Positions 47,201 to 58,393 of a DNA stretch of 64,000 bases are shown here, piece after piece. Location of the stretch: the NCBI GenBank assembly GCA_024137785.1, contig JAHRHZ010000002.1, positions 15,633,978 to 15,697,977 on the forward strand, in the 5' to 3' direction. Source of the stretch: Ginglymostoma cirratum. Its lineage: Eukaryota. How positions within the stretch are numbered: position 1 is the stretch's first letter; every line of letters begins with the position of its first letter. Position numbers and translations under genes: made by a program. Under the pieces are notes generated by a model. The model was given only the letters and a program-made list of their open reading frames with translations. It made no database searches and was not told the DNA's origin.

Positions 47201-50200
47201 CGAACCCGGGTTGCTGGCGCTGTGAGGCAGCAGTGCTAACCACTGAGCTGCTAAATGTAAGGTGGACAAAATTAAATCCTTCCCTAGGCCCTAGGCCCTA
47301 GTTTTGACCCATAATACCTGCACACCAGACAAGTTAAATGTCCAGGCACCAAAATTGTTTCCCTCCATTGTGTATTAGGTTAGTCTCCATCAAAATACCA
47401 CATTTATACTTTATGCTCTGCTTAATCCTTGTTATACTCCTCCTGGTTGCACCTACTATATATAATCCATTTTCATGTCTAGCCATTAGAGCATTTATAT
47501 TTAATACTTAACCATTTATGTAATTTGTTGCAGTTCTAAATTTGTGGGGGTGGCAGGGGGTATTGCAAGAGGAAGGGACCTGGGTTATAGGAAGTAAAAA
47601 CCCAAAGAACTGCGGATGCTGTAAATCAGAAACAAAAACAGAAGTTACTGGAAAAACTCCGCATGTCTGGCAGTGAAGAGAAAATCAGAGCTAACGTTTC
47701 AGGTCCGGAAGGGTCACCGGAGCCCAAACGTTAAATCTGATTTCTCTGCACAGATGCTGAGCTTTTCCAGCAATTTCAGTTTTTGTTTCTGGGTTATAGG
47801 AACTAGAGAAGTGAACAGAACCAGGTCAATCACCACGTCATACAGATGTACAGCATAGAAACAGACCCTTCGGTCCGACTCGCCCATGCCGACCAGATAT
47901 CCTAAAATTAATCGCGTTGGGAACTGAATAGTTTGTGGTTGGTTATTCAATTTGTCCCTGACTGTGCCGCCCTGCTTTCTGACGATGTTAAGCTGCATCT
48001 CATATTTGGTTATACCGTCCTGGTGGGGAGAACGAAATTCTACAGTTCACCACGTTTACTTCAGATGCAACAACATTGCGTAAAAGATGAAAGATTTGTA
48101 ACACTTTATTCATTCCTGAGCTGTACCTTTGATCCCATTCTGGACACGCTATGGATAGGACTGCAAGGCCTTGGAAAATGGGCAGTGGGAATTTCTAAAA
48201 TTAGACCAAGACTAGAGGTTTCAATTGTATGAGGCAGCTAGAGAAAGCTCCCAGTTTCTTATAGGAAATGTTAAGAGGAGGTGTAGTGGACGTAGATTGG
48301 GTGTTAACAGCATAAGTGAGTAGAGTTAGACGATGTAGAACCGGAGGAGACAGACTGAGATAATTACCCCAAAGAAGCAGGGAAGGAATTAGGGGACACT
48401 AAATAAAAACCGAAAGAACTGTGGACGCCGGATATCAGGAACAAAAACAAAGTTGTTGGCAAAGCTCAGCAGGTCTGGCAGCATCTGTGAAGGAAAAAAC
48501 TGAGTTAACATTTCGGGTCCGGTGACCCTTCCTCAGACACGAGGGGAAATTTTTAAAGCAGTGAGCGGTTGTGATCTGGAATGCTCTGTCCCAAAGTGCG
48601 GACACCACATATTCAACAGTAACTTTCGAAAGGGAATTGAGTACCCAGTTGATAAGGAACACACTGTGGGGCCATCAGGAAAGACCAGCGGTGGGGGGTC
48701 TAATTAGATACAATTTCAAAGAGCCAGCATAGGCGCAGGGGGCCGAGAGGCCTCTTTAATGTGCTGCAGGATTCCACCGCTGTTTGACCTTTAGGTTTAA
48801 AGGCCGTGGACGATGATAACATGACAGAAGGTACAATACGGCCAGAAACCTGATCTCAGACTTGGTAAAGGCCGTGAATTCCACCGGAAAGTGTCCACCC
48901 TTGTGTGTGTCTGAGGGAGTCCGTCATGTTTTAGCTTCAATAATATTCGGGACTCAATGGTAGAAGCTCATGAACCAGTTGCCTCCCTCGATGAGGATTG
49001 AAAGGTTTGTGCTAATTGCTGTTGACAGCAGTTTATTCCAGAAAGTGACCAGGTCAGTGATTCACTTTGAGGCTAAAGTAATTCAGTAACAACTGGCGAT
49101 GTTAGTGGCTACAGCTCACTGCATTCCCCTGACACTAACTGTCCTCGTGTGTGAATGGGAAACCGTGGGGATTAGTCAAGGTGAGAAGGATGTTTGGAAC
49201 TGATTCCCTCAGTTTAAAATGAATGGAGTAAAGACTAGATTAAAGGCATAGCTGGGGGAATAGCTGAATCTTGTAACTTCGGCCCAGTGATCTGAGAAGG
49301 GATGAACGTGTCATTTTGTGAAGGGGATAACTGTTCGGCACGAGGTCCTTAACATTTCCCGGTCAGACCAGTGGGGGCGATGGAATGATTTTAAAATACT
49401 CCACCTTCCGGGCCGTGTTGCTTCCTCTAACCCCGCCATCCTCTGAAATCTGTTTCACCTCCCCCCCCCCACACACACCCCCATTTCAGCATTCCTGACT
49501 TTCCTGGGTCAGGTATTCCCACCGCTGCCTGCATTCAGCTGCCCAGGTCCTAGTTCTGAGGATTCCCAGCCCGAACTCCCCTAAACCTCTGTATTTCTTG
49601 CCCCGTTCAGTAAGGGGAAGGGAGGGGGCTGTCCACTGAACCCTCCCTCTTTGGTCACCTGTCCTGACACTATCCTGGGTGAGCCCGGCGGTTATCCGTC
49701 TGTGAAGTGTCTCGGGAACATTTCACTGGCAAAAAAACGCTGTGTGAGTGCGAGAGACACATCATCAAAGTTCCCGTTACAAATAGTGAAAATACAAAAT
49801 AAGAAACATTTTGTGACCCACGTTCACATTTCCGTACAACACCCAACAGCTGACAACCAGTCAACTAAAGACTTTTGCTTTGGAACTTTGCTTCGTAAAA
49901 TTAAATAAACCGAATCAACACAAAGTCGGGGATTACCTACCCATTCCGCGGTCTGTGTCGTTCTGCACTGTTAATGTGATCCGGGCCATTTCTGTTCCCT
50001 CCGAGTGACTGATAGACAAGTCATAAATCCCGCTGTCGTTGAAATGTAAATCCCGCAGCAGCAATGAGGCATTCCCTGGGAAAAGAACTACTCGATATTT
50101 GTAGTCACTGGGAACCGGGACGTAGTGACAGAGCTCCGAGCGCCTGTTGACTCTGTTCGATGTGCACCTATAGTCCACCATTCTGGTCCCAGCTCTGCTC

Positions 50201-51884
50201 CATCTGATCCGCAAGTAACCGCCTGGGTCTGAGAGATTGTAAGAGACGGCTAGCAGCACAGACTGACCAACAGTTCCATTCACACGGTCCTGGTTCACCC
50301 TCAGTGTTACAGCAGCTGAAGGCGAAGAGAATTACTGTTTATTACAGCAAAGTGACAAGATCTAGATAATAATGAGAACATTGCTTACACTGGACGAACA
50401 ACAGCAGGATTGAAATTGATATTTAGTGTACCCTCCACATTTTAACTTCATACTGTGATATATTCAGTGCAATGTTGGGAACACCCCACTCAATAGCTTT
50501 ATGTAACTCCTGGCGCGTGTCCCGCTGTCATTAACAATGTATAACACTCTGCGGGAACATTTCACTGGTGTTTGTGGAATGCCCAAACCTCTTCACCACA
50601 GTGAGACACACATTGAGGACGTGATATTGGGAGAACGCAGAACTCCTTCAGAACTGGGTACCAGCCGCCGTCCTGCCTGTGGGAGCCATTCCAATGGGCT
50701 TTGATTCAACACATTGTGATGATTTGTGGAGTCACACAGGACAGAAGGAGGCCACGCAACACAATCTGCCTCTTGGGAAGAAAGATCACAACTGTCTAAC
50801 CACCTATTTACCCATTTCACCCTCAACAAGTGGCAAAAAATCAAATCAGCCATAATTGGTCAGAACATTGAGTATAGGAGTTGGGGGGTCACGTTGCGGC
50901 TGTGGAGGACATTGGTTAGGCCACTTTTGGAACACTGCATCCAGTTCTGGTCTCCCTGCTATATGAAAGTTGTCGTTAGACTTGAAAGGGTTTAGAAAAA
51001 AATTACAAGGATGTTGCTGGGGTTAGACGGTTTCAGTTATAGCGAGAGGCTGAAAAGGCCGGGGCAATTTTCCTTGGAGTGCCGGAGGCTGAGGGGGTGA
51101 CCTTATATGGAAGTTTATAAAATCATGAGGGGCATGGATAGGGTGAATAGCCAAGGTCTTTTTCCTTGGGGTAGGGAGTCCAAAACTAGAGGGTATAGGT
51201 TTCAGATGAAAGGGGAAATATTTAAATGTGACCTAAGGGACAATTTTTTGTTCATAGAGATGTGGTGCGTGTATGGAATGAGCTGCTAGAGGTTATGGAG
51301 GCTGGTACAATTACAACATTTAAAAGGCATCAGGATAGGTAAACGAATAGGAAGGGGTAAAAGGGATATAGGCCAAATGCTGGCAAAGGGGACCAGATTA
51401 ATTTAGGTTATCTGGTCGGTATGAACAAGTTGGACGGAAGGGCCTGTTTCCGTGCTGTACAAATCTCATTTGGTAATAACTGCAAACGATACATATGCAG
51501 ATAATAAAAAAAAATTCACTGAACATACAACGTTTGATGGAAAAGCTCAGCAGGTCTGGTAGCATCTGTGAAGGAGAAAACAGGTCGCCAGACCCGAAAT
51601 GTTAACACTGTTTTCTCCTTCACAGACGCTGCCAGACCCGCTGAGCTTTTCCAGCAACTTTGTTTTTGTTCCTGATTTACAGCATCCGCAGTTCTTTCGG
51701 TTTTTATACAATGTTTGATGCACTATTTCAGATGCTTACTCCAAATCTTTTGCAATCTAAATTAATTTGAAAATACACATTTTATTGATTAATTGTGGCA
51801 ATACTTACCGAGCAGAGTGAAGGGATTGAGAGCGAAAAGACAGACTCCACACATTCTGGCAATCCCATTTCTGCCTGGTGACAT
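32088..51884 (-). CDS. Gene B (whole span, 5 coding exons): single Ig V-domain type I membrane protein, about 247 aa, HEPACAM/VSTM/CD2-like, with a degenerate ITIM/ITSM tail
   Basis: Exons 51884-51809, 50315-49941, 41238-41137, 40384-40329 and 32222-32088 splice in frame (744 nt). Additional small exons could have been missed. Confidence 0.72.
33533..33866 (+). mobile_element. HE1/V-SINE-like SINE
   Basis: Same consensus as 18203-18518, diverged. Confidence 0.8.
34636..34765 (+). mobile_element. Short Penelope terminal-repeat derivative
   Basis: TSD ccattccagatt; begins with the hammerhead motif ctgaaga..gaaacgtc. Confidence 0.8.
34786..34990 (-). mobile_element. RTE-clade LINE 3' fragment
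   Basis: C-terminal C..CGR.C..R.GL..H motif typical of RTE elements; a related fragment (GL..NISKTKILHQ) lies near 37490-37680. Confidence 0.55.
34990..36330 (+). mobile_element. Penelope-like element of a second family, degenerate RT + GIY-YIG
   Basis: YKQINGSPMGSPISG (RT), LPYVKNISE...LLR, TNVVYKTPC..YIRQTGRKL..RIHEH (GIY-YIG); frameshifts; decayed hammerhead motif at 36223-36255. Confidence 0.88.
39100..39990 (+). mobile_element. Old CR1-type LINE 3' fragment sharing its tail with SINE family 2
   Basis: Decayed RT-like segments (QQDLDNIQ..AESWQ; LKKLDTIQDK) and gcaataaatgct...ataaataaa tail; similar decayed copy at about 54900-56830. Confidence 0.65.
40329..40384 (-). CDS. Gene B exon 4, cytoplasmic (GCNRTQKQTVKQKTGQSGW)
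   Basis: tttttcccctgtag| acceptor, |gtaagt donor, phase 1-0; in-frame alternative donor at 40305. Confidence 0.65.
41137..41238 (-). CDS. Gene B exon 3, stalk + TM (DTDTKRAPRAEAKIRYASLVVILIFLCFTVKTQR)
   Basis: cag| acceptor, G|gtaagt donor, phase 1-1. Confidence 0.72.
41751..42100 (+). mobile_element. HE1/V-SINE-like SINE
   Basis: Same consensus as 18203-18518. Confidence 0.82.
43060..43360 (+). mobile_element. HE1/V-SINE-like SINE nested in an older LINE 3' fragment
   Basis: Same consensus as 18203-18518. Confidence 0.78.
44775..45440 (-). mobile_element. CR1/HER1-like LINE 3' fragment
   Basis: Homologous to 13700-14275. Confidence 0.8.
46073..46603. mobile_element. Hairpin Penelope-derived element spanning an assembly gap
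   Basis: Inverted arms on either side of the N run; TSD caccattaattgttat. Confidence 0.75.
46921..47248 (-). mobile_element. HE1/V-SINE-like SINE
   Basis: Reverse-complement copy of the same consensus. Confidence 0.82.
47594..47788. mobile_element. Hairpin Penelope-derived element (second terminal family)
   Basis: TSD ctgggttataggaa at 47580-47593 and 47789-47802; inverted arms. Confidence 0.75.
49941..50315 (-). CDS. Gene B exon 2, Ig V-set domain
   Basis: VNGTVGQSVLL-VSY...IRW...RVVLFPGNASLLLRDL-FNDSGIY-LSI...ITLTV; ttcgccttcag| acceptor, G|gtaggt donor. Confidence 0.9.
50850..51465 (+). mobile_element. CR1/HER1-like LINE 3' fragment
   Basis: IEYRSW.V.LRL.RTLVRPLLE.CIQFWSP.Y. Confidence 0.85.
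51540..51705. mobile_element. Hairpin Penelope-derived element (second terminal family)
   Basis: TSD atacaaYgtttgatg; inverted arms. Confidence 0.75.
51809..51884 (-). CDS. Gene B exon 1, leader (MSPGRNGIARMCGVCLFALNPFTLL)
   Basis: ATG, moderately hydrophobic segment, G|gtaagt phase-1 donor matching the V exon. Confidence 0.65.
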
Positions 51885-53334
51885 TCTGTTCCAGGTTCTG
51901 TGCAATTGCTTACAGTTGAGTTTTATTGGAAAGATTTTTCAAGCAGCGACAATGTAGAAGCATCAGCACATCCGCAATAATCCTTTTCAAACACTTTTGT
52001 GAGGAGCGCTGATGAGGTTCGGCCGCAACATATTGAAATGCAAGCCTTTAATTTCGCTTTGATCTGTGGTTAACCTCAGAACTAAACTGCCAGAGCTTCC
52101 TGTATTCTGAAACTTGAATAGGTGTTCAAGTTTTGGTTTTGGTATCAGAGGGTAAAATTTCTATCAGGCTTTCTAATCTTCTGCTGGAACATAGCTCCAG
52201 CATAGAAGAATAATGTGCTCTAAACTGTATAATATTTGAGTTTAAGAAATACACCTTTTTCAGAAAATTTCTTAAAGTGAATGTGTCGCATGACATCTCA
52301 ATTTGTCATTACACGAAGTGATACACCAAATGAGGCATTCAAGCCACAGGAGCATGCTAAGGCCATTCAGCCCCTTCAACCTGTTCCACCATTCAGTGAG
52401 ACCATGGCCAATCTGTGACCTCACTACATATACTTGCCTTTGGTCCATATCCCTCAATACCACATTTTAACCAAAAAATCTCAGATTAACAACTGGTCCT
52501 GAATCCATTGGCGTTTGTGGAAGAGAGTCCCAAATATTACCACCATGTAAAAGTCTACCACCATTTGTATCATTAAATTTACAATTCTCATTTCATGTCA
52601 AACAATTTACAATTCTCATTTCATATCAAACAACTTTCTTTATAATCTAAAAGCAGGAAGTGCTGGAGCAAAACAGCAGGCTTAGACAGCATATGGGGAG
52701 AGAGAGAAACTGAGTTAGTGTTTTGAGTCTGACTGTTCCTCTGAAGAGTAATAATATTGGATTCAAAATATCGACCCTTGTTTTCCACTCTCTAAAGATA
52801 CTGCCAGATCTGCTGAGTTTCTCCTGCACTGCGATTTCTGTTCTTATTTCAGATTTCCAGCATGTGCAGTACTTTATATTTCTTTGTACATGGGTTATGG
52901 GTATGGGTGTGGTTATTTCTTGTCCTTCACTAATTGAGCTAGAGAAGTGGTGGTGAGCTGCCTCCCTGAATTGCTCCTTTGTGTGTAAGGGCATCCACAG
53001 TGCTGTTGGGGAGGGAGTTCCAGGGTTTTGACCCAGCGACTATGATGGAATGGCAAAATAGTTCCAAGTCAGAATGGTGTGTGGCTTGGAGGTTGGTGGT
53101 ATTCCTATGGTGTCCTTCCAGCTGGTAGAGGCCATCCCTATGGAAAGTCCTGCTGGAGGAGCTTTGATGAGTTGCTGCAGCGTAACTTGTAGATGGTACA
53201 CACTGCCGTCACTGTGCATCAGTGAACTGACTACATATTCCGAAGATTGAAGGGTTTTGGTGATGTGATAAGCAAATGGCCCATTCTGTACTGGATGTGA
53301 GCCCATGAAAAGAAATTTAAACGACTGAGGCAGG

Positions 53335-53692
53335 GTGGGAGGTGATGGTCTCGTTGTATTACCACTGGACTGTTAATCCAGAGACCCAGATAGTGTTCTG
53401 GGGGCTCGGGTTTGAATTCCGAACACGGCAGATGATGGAATTTGAATTCAATAAATATCTGGAATTACAAATCTAATGATGACCATGTATCCGTTGTCGA
53501 TTGTTGAAACAAAAACTATCTGGTTCACTAACGTCCTTTAGGGAAGGAAACTGCCATCCTTACCTGGTATGGCCTACATGTGACTCCAGACCCACAGCAA
53601 TGTGGTTGATTTTGAACTGCCCTCTGGGCAATTAGGAATCGGTAATAAATGCTGCCTAGCCAGTGACGGCTCTCATCCTGTGAATGAATAAA
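53335..53692 (+). mobile_element. tRNA-derived SINE, family 2
   Basis: Full head-to-tail copy ending gaatgaataaa. Confidence 0.8.
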
Positions 53693-54009
53693 GGAAATGA
53701 TGCGAGGGAAAGTGCACAAATGTTCAGTACAACCAAACATTGGAGCTAGTACTTACTGAGTCAATATCAGTCAACTATGCAGGTACATTACTGCATTCCT
53801 GACTGTACAGAAACATTATCCAATTACTTACCACCCCCACCCACCTCCAGCACCACCACCACCCCCTCCCCATCACCCCCCGCCCCCATGCACCTTGTGA
53901 ATCGGTGGAATTCTGGTAATTCTTTCAGAGAGCTGATTGTACAAACAGAAAACAGATAAGACCTCAGGTCACAGACCAATAAAAAGGGAATCTTCAAAAC
54001 AAGGCAAAT

Positions 54010-54735
54010 CAGGGCAGGACTTATGCACTTAGTATGGTCCTGGGGAGTGTTGCTGAACCAACATACTTCGTAGTGTAGCTTCATAGTTCCTTGAAAGTGG
54101 AGCCGCGGGTAGGTAGAATAGTGAAAATAGTGAAGAAGGTGTTTGTTTATTGGTCGGTGCATTGAGTATAGGAGTTGGGAGGTCATGTTGCGGCTGTACA
54201 GGACATTGGTTGAGCCAATTTTCGAATACTGCATTCAACTCTGGTCTCCTTGCCATAGGAAGCATGTTGTGAAACTTGAGAGGTTTCAGAAAAGATTCAC
54301 AAGGATGCTGCTGGAGGGCTTATGCTATAGAAAGGCTGGATAGGCTGGGGATATTTTCCCCGGACCTGAGGCTGAGGGGTGACCTTATAGAAGCTTATAA
54401 AATCATGAAGGGCACAGATAGGGTGAATAGCCTTGGGGTGGGGGAGTCCAAAACTACAGGATGTGGGTTTAAAGTGAGAGGAGAAAGATTTAAAAGGGAC
54501 CTAAGGGGCAACTTTTTCACGCAGAGGGTGGTGCGTGTTTCGAATGAACTGCTAGAGGAAGTGGTGGAGGCTGGTACAATTACAACATTTAAAAAGCATC
54601 TGAATGAATAAGAAGGATTTAGAGGGACATGGCCCAAATGCTGGCAAATGGGACGAGATTAATTTAGGATATCTGGTGGACATGGACGAGTTGGGCCAAA
54701 GGCCCTGTTTTCATGCTGTATGTCTCTATGACTGT
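54010..54735 (+). mobile_element. CR1/HER1-like LINE 3' fragment
   Basis: IEYRSWEVMLRLYRTLV..RLRGDLIE.YKIMKG..FFTQRVV. Confidence 0.85.
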
Positions 54736-56913
54736 TTGTCTTTGGGACAAACTGAAAGAGTCCACGCAGGAAATTGAAGCCTAGTCTGAAACTAACAACA
54801 GCTTCTTGACACTTGACAGTGAATTGCCCCAGTGGCACCATATGCAATTAAACAGGAGGTTAACAGGATAAAGGTACTGCTAGAGAAATCAAGGAAATCT
54901 GCCCTCCTTACCTGGCCTGACTGTTATGTGAGTCCAGACACACTGCAATGTGGTTGACTCTTAACTGCCCCCTGAAGTGGCCCACCGAGTCACTCAGCTG
55001 TATCAAACCACTGCAAGGTCTAATCAGAATGAAACTGAGTGGACTACCCAGCATTGATCGAGGCATCAATAAATAACAGTAGCAAGGACAGGTGTCAGGT
55101 TCACTGCACAGGGCTGTGTTTGCCACAGTCATTCCCTCTGCATTGACATGTGGGGGCTTGAGCCAAAATTGGGAGAGCTGTCCCTACAGACTAGTCAAGC
55201 AATGGCCTGACGTAGTCATATTCATAAACTATACCTTACAGACAATGTCCCCCACTGCCATCACCATCACTGGGTCCCACAGTCAGGACTGACGTGGCAG
55301 AGCTGGTGCCACTATGATGTACAATCTGGGAGGATTTGCCCTGGGATTTCTCAGCCTTGTCTTCGGACCTCACTGTTCATATCAAACACTGGCTATTAAA
55401 CCTGCAGCTGATTACCATTCAGCCCTTCTTTGGCTGATGGGTCAGCACCTCCTCATGCTAAACACTATTTGGAAGAAACACTGGGGGATTGGTGAGGGTT
55501 CAGAATGGACTCTGGGTGAGGGGGCATCAACGTATAGGACCAAAATTGGCTCGGTAGTACACAACTGATAGAGCTGGCCGTGTCCCAAAGTACATAGTGG
55601 CTGGATCGGGTCTGCATCAGATGGTGAAGGAAACACCGCAAGGGATATACATTTCTGACTTCATCCTTACCAATCCACCTGTCACAGTTAATGTCAGTAT
55701 CGGTAGGTATGACCATCAATCACACAATCCTTTTAAAGGTGAAGTCCCATCTTAAACAGGACACACATAAATCACTGGGCAATGGAACTTGTATTCAAGC
55801 ACAGTCTATGACTTAATAGGCCAATGTATACTCCAACCTTCCATTTCCATAAAGCCAGGGAATCAACCCTCGTTCAATGGAGAGTGCAGGAGGGTATGGT
55901 AAGTAGCAACACCAAGTATACCTGAAGATGAGGTGCCTGCCCTGGTGAAGCTACAACACGGGGCTACTTACAATGCCAAACAACAGAAGCACAACTGATC
56001 CCACAAGCAACAGATCAGATCTAAGCTCTGCAGACGTACCACATTTAGTCAGTGCTGGACAGTTTAAAAATGAACAGGAAGAGCAAGTCCATTCCTCAAT
56101 GATAAGGTTTTCCAGCATGTTAGTGCAAAAGACAAGACATCCACATTAGCAAGGACAGGTGCCAGGTTCACTGTGCAGGATTTGCATCCACAGAGGTGTT
56201 GAGTAGACGATCCATTCTGAGCTCCTCCAACGGGCCTCCACGCTACAGAGGCAGCCTTCACGCACTTCAATTCAACCCGACTGATTTCAAGAAATGGCTG
56301 AGACTACAAGATACTGCAAAAAGTTACAATGTTAAAGTCAGGAATGTCATTGAATAGTCTCCATTTGTCTGGATATCTGCGGCTCCAACAACACTCCAGT
56401 AACAGTTTTGACGACGTCCAAGAGGAAACAGACTGATTGATCGACCCACCCCTCTTCAACACTGACTCCCTTCACCACTGTCATACAGCCTGCTGTAGTG
56501 TTTACCATCTGCAAGGCGCACTGTAAGGCTGCTTCGATGGCACCTTCCAAACCCACATCCTCTCCAAGGACAAGATTGGCGGATGCAAGCTCCCTCCTCT
56601 CTGAGCCACACACCATCCCTGAGGCAGATTAACCTAGGTGCTCTTTCACTGTTGCTAGATTAAAATGCTGGAAGTCTCTTCCTAACAGCATCATGAGCAT
56701 CTTATTCCCTTTTCTCCACTGCAGCGGTACCAAGGCGACAGCTCACCACTGCCTTCTCAAGGGCAGTGAGGGACAGGCAATAAATGCTGGATGAATCAAC
56801 AATGCCCACATCCCATGAATAAATATTTTCTTTATAGAAAAATAAAGTATCCAGTATGTCAAGATGCCAACCTTTGGCTAAAGCACTGCACGATAGCTAA
56901 CAGTACAATCAAA

Positions 56914-57200
56914 GAATCCCTACAGTGTGGAAGCGAGCCATTCAGCCCATCGAGTCCACACTGACCCTCCAAAGAGCATCCCACCCTACAACCCAGCATT
57001 TCCCATGGCTAACCCACCTAGCCTGCATGTCCCTGAACACTTGTGGGCACCTAACCTGCATATATTAGACTGTGGGAGGAAACCCACATGGAGAGAGTCA
57101 TGGAGAGAACCTGCAAACTCCCTACAGGAGGATGGAATCGAACCCAGGTCCCTGGTCCTGTCAGGCAGCAGAGCTAACCACTGAGCCACCATGCTGCCCT
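56914..57200 (-). mobile_element. HE1/V-SINE-like SINE
   Basis: Reverse-complement copy of the same consensus. Confidence 0.8.
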
Positions 57201-58069
57201 TTCAGGAGGTGTCGCGGTCTCTGTGCGATCCTGAGCCACACAGAATGAGGTGGTCTGAGATTTTTCATTTCCTTCTATCTTTAAACCAAACTGTTCTGAG
57301 ATGTTTATGCAAACTTCTGGAACAGATGTGACCTGAACCCAGGCCTCCTGACCCAGAGGCAGGGATGCTATGGATGCACTACAACAGTCCGTTTGTCTTT
57401 AAAGAATTAACTGATCCCAGCTGGACAGCAATTGGAAGCTACAACAACACTCAGGGCCCTTAGAATGGAAGAACTTCCACTGAAGTTCTCCCTAAGCTGT
57501 CTCACACAGGTTTAAAATGCCTCACTAAATTTCAACAAAATACAATCTACAGCATTATTTGCAAAACAATTGCAATGACTCTACGTTATTTCAGCTTTTA
57601 ATAGATGGTGAGGTCTGTGCAGGCTAGGTAACCTCTCGACAATGTTTCAGGTTGAAGTCCTTCATTATTCTCACAAGCAAGGTACATTATTTTAGATTAT
57701 TTTACATTCCTTTACTAATGTTCAGCCTTGCCCTCTGTGGGGTAGCTTTGTTCCAATTCTCCCTCACAATCTGCCACTGTAACCTCTCTTCTTGTTCCTT
57801 CACTGATCCCCTGCTGCGTTGGGAACTCCGAATGTATATGTTTGTACATTGACAGACTGGATACCAGGCCTATGTAAAGTCCTGCCTCAGAGCCTGAGTT
57901 GGTCACTGGTTCTGTGGAGGACAGGAAATCTGCTTGCTTGTGGTTAACATGCACCCAAACTGCTGGTTTTTTTTTAATTCTCTTGCTTTCCTGCAGAATT
58001 AGAGCTATTTGTAATGTTTCCTTTGTACTATTACTGGAAACATCAATGTGTTTAAAAGTTCAATGCTCA

Positions 58070-58393
58070 CTCAGAGACACACACACACACACACGCAGAT
58101 ACACGCATACACTCAAACACAGACGTACACATGCACACGCACGCTCATGATCACACTTACTCAGACATATATAGTCTCACACACACACATAAGCATATCC
58201 TGACACATATTTCATACACACATAAGCACACACACTCACTCAGGCACACACTCAGATACACGTATACATTCAGACACATATATATATATACACACACACT
58301 TATGATCACACTCACTCAGATGCATGTACACTCACACACTCACTCAGACACACACACACGAGTACTCTGACACATATATTCAGACACACATAA
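58070..58393. repeat. Degenerate (CA)n low-complexity repeat next to an assembly gap
   Basis: Visible directly in the sequence. Confidence 0.9.
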
